From a virus (taxonomy: Duplodnaviria > Heunggongvirae > Uroviricota > Caudoviricetes), in IMG/VR virus record IMGVR_UViG_650377940_000003, positions 87,323 to 151,322 of that record: 64,000 nucleotides of DNA; one strand, given 5' to 3'. Shown here piece by piece: positions 41,088 to 52,845 of the stretch. The position numbers and the translations under genes are program-made. How positions within the stretch are numbered: position 1 is the first letter of the stretch; the number at the start of each line of letters is the position of its first letter. Below the pieces are notes generated by a model. That model was not told the origin of the DNA. It made no database searches and worked only from the letters and a program-made list of their open reading frames with translations.

Positions 41088-42690
41088 TCGAGGTGTTTAT
41101 GGGAAAGACGATTGATACGTCCGAGCTTCTGTATCGGATGGGCAAGTACGCAGAAATCGATGTTGAAGAAGAAAAACATGATGCGTTTATGCATTTCATG
41201 CTTCTTTTGACACGCACAATTGAAAAGATGCCGAATGCTGCATTGATTCATAAAAATCCGATTGATGATGAGATTATGGAAAATCAGTACAAGTTGACGA
41301 ACGCAATCTCACTGGTAACTGGCCGTACTCGAAACGACGGCTGGTATTCTACTTGGATTGGCATGACTATGAAGATTGTGCGTCTGAAGAGTGGAGAATC
41401 AGCTGGTTTCCGGTACATTAAAGATAATGAGGGACATGATTATCCGGGCACAATGCATACATCTTGTGTTGTTGATTATTACATCTCAAGTGACAAGAAA
41501 AATGTTATTGTCCAGACTGAGAACACAATTTATAAGTTTGAAAAGGTTAAGGAGGACTAAATTATGGCTAAGTATTTTTATGTTTACAATATCGCCGGTG
41601 TCGAGGATTCTATTGTAAAGATGTTCAACACTGATACTGGTGCAATGGGCGAGAAAAGCGTCAAGAAGGATCGCATGGATGGCTTTATTGATGGTATTAA
41701 GACGAGCGGCTTTGTTTTGAATAAAGAACTGGCGGAGGCTGACGTTGCAGAGGCCGAAGCAAAGCGTGTTCTTGCAGAGAAGATGACCGCTTATCAGGCA
41801 GCTCGCGATGACTATCACAGCAAAAGTGAAACTCTGAAGAAGGTCAAGGCCAAGTACGGTATCAAGTAAGGAGAATACATAATGAAGTATTACGCTATCG
41901 AATCTCATTACGAGAAAGAAGCTCCATTTGGAATTGCATGGCAAGTAAAGCTGTTTGACGGGCATACGCTTTTGGAAGAGTACGACCACATCTTCTATAA
42001 CGAGATTGCTGGCTACTGCAAATGTCTTGAGGATATGGGGTTTATCGAGAATGTCGAAGTGAAACTGGACATCGAAAGCGAACTGAAGAAGCTACAGGAT
42101 TTCCAGAAGAGTATCGATGAAATCACGGCGAAGGCCGCGATACTGGAAAATCCTGCAAAAAGTGTAGAAACACCTTCAATTAGAACAAAATCTTTATCCT
42201 GGTAAAAGGTAAATTTTACGGAGGATTTATGGAGGGGAATGAAATCGGTTTCCTGCAAGCGACAGACGGAATTTACAACGTAGATATTGGCGTAAGAGTC
42301 TCGAATGGCTCTGTTGAACTTGCATATTATAGTGATGCTCCAGATATGGAATTGAGCTCTGCAACACTTACAAAAGAAAAGACAAAGACTTTAATTTTGT
42401 ATTTGATATATGCACTTGAGCAATTAGAGTAAATATGTTTTATGGGTGGGTGGGAGGAATAAAAATCATTATGCACAAGACTGATAGTTTGAAAAATCCA
42501 GTAATCGTGTTTCCTTGTAAGAACTGCGGTTGCACAACTAAGATTCGAGTAACTTCTTTTGAAAATCCTGATTTGGATATTCCTGAGAATAATGTGATTG
42601 CGTGCTATAGATGTAGAGCGGAAGTTGCTGGGGCTGAGTTTATTTCTTGGAAAGAAGCAACTAAAACTATTTTTACCGTGGAGGTGCCAG

Positions 42691-42924
42691 ATGGCGATTA
42701 AGATTATTGAACACAAACATGAGCGAAAGAAAACAAGATATGCCGTTAAATTCCTTTGTAAATGTGGATGCGTATTTTGGGCTGATGAAGAAGATACGAA
42801 AATTCCAAAAGAATTTGATTGGACTGAATACTCACCGGTTAAACAGGCGATTTGCCCAGAATGCAACACAGAAGTTTCATCTTGTTTATCTGCAGTTCCA
42901 AGAGAAAAGATTTTTGTGGATTGA
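42691..42924 (+). CDS. small zinc-ribbon protein (paralog A)
   Basis: MAIKIIEHKHERKKTRYAVKFLCKCGC..CPECN; tandem paralog of the next gene. Confidence 0.35.
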   Translation: MAIKIIEHKHERKKTRYAVKFLCKCGCVFWADEEDTKIPKEFDWTEYSPVKQAICPECNTEVSSCLSAVPREKIFVD

Positions 42925-42932
42925 GGTGCCAA

Positions 42933-43232
42933 ATGGCTATACGAATTGAAGTCCATGGTAAAGAAAGAGAAAAAACAAAATACTCAGTAGAGTTTAGATG
43001 TTCTAGCTGCGGTTGCGAGTTTTGGGTTGATGCAGATTCTCTTGGAGAGTTTAAGCCAGCCAATTATTGTGATTTGAAATATAACTGTCCTGAATGTGAT
43101 TCTAGTTCTTATCCTGTTGATATTATGGAGAACAGCCGTATCTTTAATAAACACAAGTGGAAACCTATATTTTGGCAGATTATCGAATCTCCGTTTCATC
43201 GGTATTGCAGAATTTGCGATAAAGAAAAATAA
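42933..43232 (+). CDS. small zinc-ribbon protein (paralog B)
   Basis: MAIRIEVHGKEREKTKYSVEFRCSSCGC..CPECD. Confidence 0.35.
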   Translation: MAIRIEVHGKEREKTKYSVEFRCSSCGCEFWVDADSLGEFKPANYCDLKYNCPECDSSSYPVDIMENSRIFNKHKWKPIFWQIIESPFHRYCRICDKEK

Positions 43233-45960
43233 TATGCCAAAGCAAGTTTATTTTCAAGAATGTATGTTTTAGAAAGAGGTGAGAAAAAATGGCTATTTGC
43301 AGTAAATGTCTACATAAAGAAGTATGCGCTTTTAGGAAGCAAACAAGAGATAGCTGCGCCGAATCTTGCGAAGACTTCCTCGGTTGGGTCAAGGTTATGG
43401 ATGAGCGTCCGATTCTTTTAAAAGATAACGTTGTAATAAGCGATTATGGTTTGTCATTTATTGGATATTATGATTACAATAAGAGAGATCGAGAACACTT
43501 TTGCGATGCAAACACATTTGAAAAAATTTATGAATGTCCATCTTACTGGATGAAAGGACTTGATTTGCATGAGCAAGAACGAATCGCTAACAACGAGTAC
43601 AAACAACGATTGGTGGCTCGCAAAGAAGCGGAGAGCGTACTTCAAACTGTTTCTGATGCAAACGAAGGTTGACTTCTGTGATGCGATTTGTAGAGTGTGT
43701 GAGAGAATCGAAGGATGGTGTAAGAGATGAAGGTTGTGGAGCTTATCAACAAACTAAACGAAATCGGATACGACGAGAATACTGAACTGACATTTGGATT
43801 CGCAGACGGTAATACTGGAGAATGGTACGAAGCTCCATTTGATGAGATCACCTATGGTATTGATTTGACCGGAGAACCATACCATAATGATGTAATCAAT
43901 ATTGACATGGATGTTGATTCTGTAAAAGAATATCAAAAAGATAAAGCAGAGTGCGCTGTTATTGATATTGTAGAAGAAATGCAATATGTTTTAAATAAAT
44001 ATCAGCGTAAGCTTATTTTTTAAGAACTAGACTTTTATGAGGTGACTTATGGGTGACTTTGCATTTTGTAGTACATTCACAGAAGATTATAAACTTTTCA
44101 GAAAAAAACTTGAAGCTGGTACGCTTACGGAAAAAGAACTAATAGAGTTTGATAAAAAATATGGCTGCAAATTAGAATACACTTATTATGCAGATCAAAC
44201 GCCTGAATATCTCAGACATCTTTTTAAACAAAAGAAAAGTATCTATAATAATCCAATCATTAAAAGTCGGTAACGTAAATGGTAAATAAAGATTTTTCAA
44301 TCGAAAAGAATCACTGGGAAATACAAAATCCAGAATGGGAAAACTATTCTCATTTCATCTGCACTAAAGACCATTATTGGACTGGTGTACACGGTATCAG
44401 CAACTATTTTCTTCAATATAAGAATTTTGGCAGAAGTAAACCAGTCGAACGATTTTCTGTAGAATGGCCGAACTTCGTAAAGCACATGTGGTTTATCCAT
44501 TGGCGTGGCCCATGGGATTATATTTTTGCTTCATATAAATTATCCGAAATCAAACGATTTTTAGAACTTGATATTGACGCTATTAAAAAGAACCATTGGC
44601 CGGATGGCCGCTGCACTTGCTACAGTATTTATGACTACGTGACGAAGAAATGGTACTATTTTAAAATCGAAAATTTGGGAACATTTTATGGATGCACGTG
44701 GCCGTTGGGTGATGATACGGGGGATGTGATTAGTTGTGACTAAACAAATAGGCTATTATAAATCCGACTGGTACATTATGGGCATTGATGGAAAATATAA
44801 CAAAGCCTGTATCTCGCATACAGAATCGTAGCTTCGATATACAGTTCCAAGGTCGCCAGAATGGACAATCAATGGATTGGGTTTTGCTTATCTTAGAGAA
44901 CATGGATTTGAAGATTATCCTGAACTTTATGGTATTGTATTCTATGATATGGAGTGGTGGCGACGAAAACGCTATCCGGGTGACTTTTATGTAGAAATAC
45001 CGATTTGCGATTTGTGCGGAGATGCCTTTCATTTAAAATGGCGTTGTAAGGAATTTCGTGTACATCAATGGTCTTGCTTGCGTAAAGAAACAAAGTGGGT
45101 GAAAGGCAGAAGTAACTACACTATTTATGAGCTTGCCGATAAGTTGCCACACGAAGAATTTATAGAATATCTTAAAGACAACGGTATCTATATTGTAAAC
45201 GAAGGTGGTGTTGAACTTGGATGATAATAACGAAAAACTCACTCTTGGAGAAAAGATCTTGTTTTTGACAGTCGGTGTGCTCATTACTCTTATTGTTGGA
45301 TATTTTGTATGGGCGATTGGCGACGGTATCTATCGTCATTATAATCCGATTAAGTGGACTGCCACTATTGAAGAACTGGAACCGGGTATCTACGGATATA
45401 CATCTACTATGGTATCTAATATCCCAGCAGAAAATTATGAGATGCTTACAGTTCTTTGTAATGGCACATACATGAATATCAAAGGCCATGTACAGATTGT
45501 GTACGATAGCAATACTCCGTATATCGAATATAAGTCAACCAATACTGTTAATGCTGACTCTGTAATAATTCATGTTCAAAAAGGACAGATTAAAAATAAT
45601 GGAGTTAGTACAGTAACGAGGTAATTTTTATGGAAGAATTAGGGTTTTACAAAGGAGAATGTTTATAATGGATTACAAAGATGCAGATAGTCTTTCTTCT
45701 AAAATATTTGCGTTGATTGCTTCGGCCACAGTGTTGATTATAGCCATTGTTTTTCTTCGTATTATTCAAGTGGATTTTAATAATGCCAAGTGGCATGATG
45801 GTATCTGTCTAAAGGATAATACTCATTGGCAGTATAGTAATAGCACCCACAACAGATTTTGGAGATGCGACTATTATATATGCGATAACGGTCATGTCAT
45901 TGAACTTGTCAACGATTATGAAATACGATAAAACTTGGATTCTTATAAAGGAGGTTCACA

Positions 45961-46794
45961 ATGATTATTGACTGCAAATCTATTGCACAAGATATCAAAA
46001 ATAAAATCAAGAATATTATTGCAGAAGATGGCTACGCTCCTGTTTTATATATTTATCAAGTAGGAGACAACCCTGCGTCTAATGCTTATATCCGTGGCAA
46101 GCTGCGTGACTGTGAAGAGGTGGGAATCGAAGCAAAACTTATCAAGTTGTCAGAGAATATTACTGAAGATGAATTGAACAACAAGATACTGGAAGATTAT
46201 AATTATAATTGGGAAGATATGGACGGTATCATCGTCCAGCTTCCATTGCCAAAACATATCAATCCCAAAAATATCTGTATTCCAGACGCGGTTGATGTTG
46301 ATGGTTTTAATTCTACATCTCCATTTCAGCCGTGCACTCCGCTGGGTGTTATGAAGATTTTTGACTCCATCGGCTACAATCTGGATGGCAAGAATGTGCT
46401 TGTGTGTGGTCAATCTGATATTGTAGGTCGTCCACTGGTCGATATGCTGATTAAGCGGCACTGTAATGTGATCTCTGTGAATAGCACTGGTTCCACTATG
46501 AAGGCAATTGCTCTTGAATTTGAAATTGTCGATGTGATTATTTCTGCTGTGGGTAAGCGCAACTTTCTCATACCGTTTGATATTGATCGGGTTAAAGTGT
46601 GTATCGATGTTGGTATCAATTATGACGAGAATGGGAAGCAGCATGGAGACTGTTCCGATGATGTCTATGATATGAAAGATATCAAAGTGACTCCTCGAAT
46701 CGGTGGGGTTGGACTAATGACACGCGCCATGCTTCTTTATAATATGTGTGTGGCAAGGTATGGGGAGCATAAGATGGAGGAGGTGATTGGATGA
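45961..46794 (+). CDS. folD: bifunctional methylenetetrahydrofolate dehydrogenase/cyclohydrolase FolD
   Basis: GIIVQLPLP, DVDGF, PCTPLG, GQSDIVGRP, TPRIGGVGLMT signatures. Confidence 0.8.
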   Translation: MIIDCKSIAQDIKNKIKNIIAEDGYAPVLYIYQVGDNPASNAYIRGKLRDCEEVGIEAKLIKLSENITEDELNNKILEDYNYNWEDMDGIIVQLPLPKHINPKNICIPDAVDVDGFNSTSPFQPCTPLGVMKIFDSIGYNLDGKNVLVCGQSDIVGRPLVDMLIKRHCNVISVNSTGSTMKAIALEFEIVDVIISAVGKRNFLIPFDIDRVKVCIDVGINYDENGKQHGDCSDDVYDMKDIKVTPRIGGVGLMTRAMLLYNMCVARYGEHKMEEVIG

Positions 46795-46985
46795 AAGAAG
46801 TCCCAATCTGGGAAAAAACGACGCTTACTGTGGAAGAAGCTGCTGCATACTCTAATATTGGCACACATAAACTAAGAGAAATCACAGACAAGGACGACAA
46901 GCAGCTTGTGCTGTGGGTTGGATCAAAACGCTTGATTAAACGCAAAGCACTCGAAAAATACATAGACCAGTCTTATTCGATTTGA
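46791..46985 (+). CDS. xis: excisionase/HTH_17-type DNA-binding protein
   Basis: LTVEEAAAYSNIGTHKLREI helix-turn-helix; directly upstream of integrase. Confidence 0.55.
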   Translation: MKEVPIWEKTTLTVEEAAAYSNIGTHKLREITDKDDKQLVLWVGSKRLIKRKALEKYIDQSYSI

Positions 46986-47058
46986 AATCAGAGCTTTGGT
47001 GTGGTATACTTATAGTGTCACATCAAGGCTCTTTATAATAAATGTAAGGAGTCTATTT

Positions 47059-48216
47059 ATGGAAAGACGTAAAGATAGTAAAGGTAAAGTCTTAAAAGAC
47101 GGCGAAAGCCAAAGAAAGGATGGAATATATCAATATCGATGGACTGATAAAACTGGAAAACGTCACACAATTTATGCGAAAGATTTAAAAGTTCTTCGAG
47201 AAAAAGAAAATAATGCTAACAAAATAATTTCTCAAGGGATAGATTTTGAAGGCGGTAAAATAACAACATATCAGTTTCTTATAAGATATTATGAATTTAA
47301 GAAAACATCAATAAAGAAATCGAGTTTGAAGACATATTATACAACGACAAACAAGTTGAAGGATACGTCTATCGGTAATACAAAAATTATTGACGTAAAG
47401 ATTTCAGACGCAAAACAACTGATTATTGATTTGAGCCAGAATGGATTGAAATACAGTACAATAAAAACTATAAAAACACTGATAAAAGCTGCATTTAAAA
47501 TGGCTCAAGAAGATGATTTAATTTTAAAGAATCCGTTTGATTTTCAGCTGAATGAAGTTATAAAAAACGACACTAAAAAAAGAGTCGCATTAACCGAACA
47601 ACAGTATTCTGATTTGCTTGAATTCGTTTTATGTGATCGAGTCTTTCGTAAGTATTATGATGACATCGTATTTTTGTATGAAACTGGAATTCGCGTAAGT
47701 GAATTTTGTGGATTAACACTTTCGGACATTGATTTTGTGAAACATGAAGTTGTAATTGATAAACAACTCATCAAAACCTCAAAAGGAGAACTCTACATCA
47801 CAGATCCAAAATCAAAAGCTGGGTTTCGGACGATTCCATTGAGCGCTGAGGCATATCACGCGATTAAAGCCATTATCAATCGTCGGCCACAAACAAACGA
47901 GATGATGGTCGATGGCTATTGTGGTTTCATCTCAATTCATTCAAATGGAACCCCGAAGACCGCTTGGAACATTGAATATGAGCTAAGAGAAATTGCAAAG
48001 GCGTATAACAGTCTTTACCCAGAGTGCCAATTACCAAATCTCACACCTCACGTTCTTCGACACACTTTTTGTACCAGAAAAGTTAGCAGCGGCATGAACA
48101 TCAAGGCAGTTCAATATCTAATGGGGCATAGCTCAGTACAAATTACACTCGATGTATACACGTCAATCGACGCTGATATGATAAAAACTGAATTCGCAAA
48201 AGTGGCACAGATGTGA
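47059..48216 (+). CDS. int: tyrosine recombinase/integrase (Tn916 Int-like)
   Basis: HVLRHTFCTR (HxxR) and LMGHSSVQITLDVYTS (catalytic Y); RBS TAAGGAG; marks the right prophage end. Confidence 0.85.
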   Translation: MERRKDSKGKVLKDGESQRKDGIYQYRWTDKTGKRHTIYAKDLKVLREKENNANKIISQGIDFEGGKITTYQFLIRYYEFKKTSIKKSSLKTYYTTTNKLKDTSIGNTKIIDVKISDAKQLIIDLSQNGLKYSTIKTIKTLIKAAFKMAQEDDLILKNPFDFQLNEVIKNDTKKRVALTEQQYSDLLEFVLCDRVFRKYYDDIVFLYETGIRVSEFCGLTLSDIDFVKHEVVIDKQLIKTSKGELYITDPKSKAGFRTIPLSAEAYHAIKAIINRRPQTNEMMVDGYCGFISIHSNGTPKTAWNIEYELREIAKAYNSLYPECQLPNLTPHVLRHTFCTRKVSSGMNIKAVQYLMGHSSVQITLDVYTSIDADMIKTEFAKVAQM

Positions 48217-48393
48217 GAGTTACTACACCAATCACTACACCAATTTTGGTGAAAATACGCCAAGATATGCAAAGATATGCCATACCATGCGGCACATAAT
48301 AGATTATTGAATACAAATAATTCACGAATTAACGTAATAAAATGTCAATATGTTAAAAAACTGAAAACTTTCTCATAAAAATTGCAAAACCCC

Positions 48394-48422
48394 TTGATTT
48401 TTCAGAGCAAGATGAGTACAAT
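48394..48422 (+). promoter_or_regulatory. groESL sigmaA promoter TTGATT-17-TACAAT
   Basis: Hexamers at 48394-48399 and 48417-48422. Confidence 0.6.
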
Positions 48423-48426
48423 ACAA

Positions 48427-48453
48427 TTAGCACTCAGAGAAAAGGAGTGCTAA
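48427..48453 (+). promoter_or_regulatory. CIRCE element (HrcA operator) TTAGCACTC-N9-GAGTGCTAA
   Basis: Perfect match to CIRCE consensus immediately upstream of groES. Confidence 0.9.
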
Positions 48454-48534
48454 ACCACTGCGGAGCACACACGAAGCCCCCGCAGGACACAACAAAGTTT
48501 CAAATAAATTCAATATAATTGGAGGGCAAGAATT

Positions 48535-48822
48535 ATGAAAATCATTCCTCTTGCAGACCGTGTTGTCATTAAGACTGTTGAAGTTGAGGAGACCACCAAG
48601 GGCGGCCTGATCCTGACCGGCAGCGCAAAAGAGAAGCCGCAGGTCGCACAGGTCATTGCTGTCGGCCCCGGCGGTGTCGTGGACGGCAAGGAAGTCAAGA
48701 TGACCGTCAAGGTCGGCGACAAGGTCCTCACCAGCAAGTACTCCGGCACTGAGGTCAAGGTGGACGGCGAAGAGTGCACCATCGTGCGTCAGAGTGATAT
48801 TCTGGCTGTTGTGGAAGACTGA
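48535..48822 (+). CDS. groES: co-chaperonin GroES
   Basis: MKIIPLADRVVIK...GGLILTGSAKEKPQVA..V.AVGPG; high GC (host). Confidence 0.9.
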   Translation: MKIIPLADRVVIKTVEVEETTKGGLILTGSAKEKPQVAQVIAVGPGGVVDGKEVKMTVKVGDKVLTSKYSGTEVKVDGEECTIVRQSDILAVVED

Positions 48823-48847
48823 AACTGAATTTTCCCTTTTCAATTGA

Positions 48848-50509
<1,662 letters not shown>

Positions 50510-50622
50510 TAGCTGCCAAAAAACCGCATGAATCCTTGGTTTTTGGAGCGTGCAAAAGCGGATTTACGCCAAACTTACGCCACTTACGCCAAAAATCAAA
50601 GCGCATTATAGGGTAACAGAAT

Positions 50623-50656
50623 CGGCACCCGCTGAAAAGCGGGTGCCGATTTTTTG
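50623..50656 (+). terminator. rho-independent terminator of groESL
   Basis: CGGCACCCGC-TGAAAA-GCGGGTGCCG followed by TTTTTTG. Confidence 0.8.
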
Positions 50657-50793
50657 TGTCTATTTGAAGACTCATGAAACCCACTGATGGATTCTGCGAG
50701 CGGCAGACTGTCAGCGGCTTTATTGTTGACGAAAAACAAAGGTAGGGATACAATAATAAAAAAGAATGTAAAACCGGAAGGGAGTGTGCCGCC

Positions 50794-51021
50794 TTGGAGA
50801 ATCAAAAGGACTTCTGCACAGAATGCCGCAGAGAAACGACTTATACCCTAAAGAAAATCAAAATCAACCAGACCATCCGGGAAAAGAAATACACTTTTGA
50901 GATCACGGCTGCTTTCTGCAACGAATGCGGCGGCGAAATGGGGATTCCCGGCTTGATGGACTACAACATGAAGGAAATCGACGAGCAGTATCGCAAGGCC
51001 AGTGACAACATTGGTGGATAA
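50794..51021 (+). CDS. zinc-ribbon protein (YgiT/MqsA-type zinc-finger-like)
   Basis: CTEC...(23 aa)...CNECGGEM; TTG start with GGAAGGGAG RBS; promoter TTGACG-17-TACAAT upstream (about 50723-50752). Confidence 0.4.
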   Translation: MENQKDFCTECRRETTYTLKKIKINQTIREKKYTFEITAAFCNECGGEMGIPGLMDYNMKEIDEQYRKASDNIGG

Positions 51022-51055
51022 GAATAGAAATAATCAAAAAGAGGCTGATAATATG

Positions 51056-51820
51056 TCAGAAGAAATTATTCGGTATGAAGAAGTTTCACCAACGGCCAAA
51101 CTTTGGCGTTACATGGATTTGGCTAAGTTCATTTCTTTGATTGGAAAGAAAAAGTTGTACTTTGCGTCATTGGAATCGTTTGAGGATATATTTGAAGGTG
51201 CAAAGGGAATTATAGAACGTAAGGGAATATGGAACGAATTTTACACGGAGTTTCTTGAGTGGGCTATACGAACGCCACCGGAGGGAAATACGAGAGATTT
51301 GACGGATGAATATGTGGAAAAGAACGCGGCGATGATTTTGTCAAATCTTGAAAGAGTGGGCGTAAGCGAAAGAAAAGATATCTTCGTAAGTTGTTGGCAT
51401 TGTAATCAATATGAATCAGAGGCTATGTGGAAATTATATTCTACAAACGTGGAAAATGCGATTGCAATTCAGACAACTAGCCAACAATTATATGAAGCAC
51501 TTGGAAAAGACCCATCAGTAGAAATAGGAAAAGTACGCTATATTGATTTTACAAAGCAGTTTGCACCTATAAATGGCTCGTATTGGTGTAAACGAAAATC
51601 GTTTGAGTATGAACAAGAAGTAAGGGCAGTTACACATATGAGAAAAGCTGCTTGCTGTGGTGTTGAAAAAGATGTCGATATTGAGAAATTGATTGCAGGA
51701 GTCTATATTTCGCCGTATGCACCTAAATGGTTTGAAGATGTAGTGCGTGATACTACAGAAAAGTATGGGTTGAATAAGCCAATCTTTTATTCGGAAATGA
51801 AAGCAAAACCATTTTACTGA
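51056..51820 (+). CDS. DUF2971-family protein
   Basis: KLYFASLESFEDIFEG matches DUF2971 hallmark (hydrophobic-Y-F.S...FND..E); RBS AAAGAGG. Confidence 0.55.
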   Translation, partial: SEEIIRYEEVSPTAKLWRYMDLAKFISLIGKKKLYFASLESFEDIFEGAKGIIERKGIWNEFYTEFLEWAIRTPPEGNTRDLTDEYVEKNAAMILSNLERVGVSERKDIFVSCWHCNQYESEAMWKLYSTNVENAIAIQTTSQQLYEALGKDPSVEIGKVRYIDFTKQFAPINGSYWCKRKSFEYEQEVRAVTHMRKAACCGVEKDVDIEKLIAGVYISPYAPKWFEDVVRDTTEKYGLNKPIFYSEMKAKPFY

Positions 51821-51848
51821 TATGCAATTATAAACAAACAGCCGCCCA

Positions 51849-51886
51849 GCGACCTTACGGTCAACTGCTGGGCGGCTGTTGTTGTA
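51849..51886. repeat. hairpin repeat copy 1 (CAGCCGCCCAGCGACCTTACGGTC...GCTGGGCGGCTG), bidirectional terminator
   Basis: Near-identical to copy at 52331-52376. Confidence 0.6.
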
Positions 51887-51893
51887 CTTATAC

Positions 51894-52271
51894 TTACGCC
51901 AGATGGAGTTTCTCTTTCAGCGCATCCTGAAGGACGCCGGAAAAGTTGATGTGTGCCGATTCGGCGGCATCGTTGAGCCAACCGGGAATGGAAAGGGTTT
52001 TCTTTACGGGTCTGTACCGCTTTTCGTACTCTTCCATATCGAAGGGCACCATCACCACAAAATCTTCCGGGTCAACATGGAGTGCAGAAGGGACAGAAGG
52101 CTCCGGGCAGACTTTGCAATCTTCCAGCATAAGGCCGATGGCATCCTGTGCCATGCGGACAGCTTCGTCCATGGTATCGCCTTGGGTGAAGCAGCCCTCA
52201 ATATCGGGGATCTCAACAGAGTACCCGGTTTCTTCCGGGTGAAAAATTGCAGGATAGAAAATAGCGTTCAT
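51894..52271 (-). CDS. hicB: HicB-family antitoxin (RNase H-like fold + RHH DNA-binding tail), orphan
   Basis: YPAIFHPEETGYSVEIPDIEGCFTQGDTMDEAVRMAQDAI HicB signature; C-terminal RHH-like segment; own promoter TTGACA-17-TATGAT with TACGTA repeats; no hicA ORF found. Confidence 0.6.
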   Translation of the reverse strand: MNAIFYPAIFHPEETGYSVEIPDIEGCFTQGDTMDEAVRMAQDAIGLMLEDCKVCPEPSVPSALHVDPEDFVVMVPFDMEEYEKRYRPVKKTLSIPGWLNDAAESAHINFSGVLQDALKEKLHLA

Positions 52272-52330
52272 AATGTGACCTCATTTATTGTATCATATAC
52301 GTATTTTACGTATTTGTCAAGAGGGCAAAA

Positions 52331-52376
52331 ACAGCCGCCCAGCGACCTTACGGTCTCGCTGGGCGGCTTATTTTTT
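52331..52376. repeat. hairpin repeat copy 2 followed by T tract (terminator)
   Basis: AGCCGCCCAGCGACCTTACGGTCTCGCTGGGCGGCTTATTTTTTG. Confidence 0.6.
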
Positions 52377-52670
52377 GCGTTTCCACAACAGATATTCTTC
52401 GTAGCGGTGCATCTCGTTCTGTTCTTCTTCGGTCAGGCGCTGGCGCTGTTTGCGGGCTTCGTCCGAGGGGTCGATGTCGGTCAGGCCCAGCAGGTAGTCG
52501 GCGGAGGTGCCGTAGAGCTTGCAGATGGCAAGCAACACATCGCTGGGTGGCGAATTGCGTCCCTGCTCCCAAGCGCTGACAGCCCAAACGGTAAGCCCTA
52601 GCTTATCCGCAAGGCTTTTTTGTGTGTCATGGTAGTTCTTTCGAATCTCTGCCAGTCGCTCTCCAAGCAT
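52368..52670 (-). CDS. XRE-family HTH transcriptional regulator
   Basis: MLGERLAEIRKNYHDTQKSLADKLGLTVWAVSAWEQG Cro/C1-type HTH; RBS AGGAAAGGTGG; upstream ACTAGTATA operator-like repeats (52690-52812). Confidence 0.65.
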   Translation of the reverse strand: MLGERLAEIRKNYHDTQKSLADKLGLTVWAVSAWEQGRNSPPSDVLLAICKLYGTSADYLLGLTDIDPSDEARKQRQRLTEEEQNEMHRYEEYLLWKRKK

Positions 52671-52845
52671 TATCAATACCACCTTTCCTGTTACTAGTAT
52701 AGGGAATTCTACTAGTTTTTGACGAAAGACGCACTTAAAATGCTGGACATGGTACAAACAAGTAGTTATAATGCTAGTATAAGGCAGAACTAGTATAAAA
52801 ATACTACTTCTGCCGCAACGCTAAGGCAAAGCGAGGAATACCCCG

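Noticed and set aside
1-48300. Possibility that the low-GC element is a plasmid or ICE rather than a prophage
   Set aside because: Gene content (DnaE, NrdDG, ThyX, ligase, Sak4/SSB, tRNA cluster, SleB-type lysin, integrase/excisionase at one end) is phage-typical, and no conjugation genes are present. Structural genes are presumably left of the window.
51879-52601. Plus-strand 240-aa ORF across the HicB/XRE locus
   Set aside because: Spans two hairpin terminators and two convergent promoters. Minus-strand genes have clear domains and RBSs.
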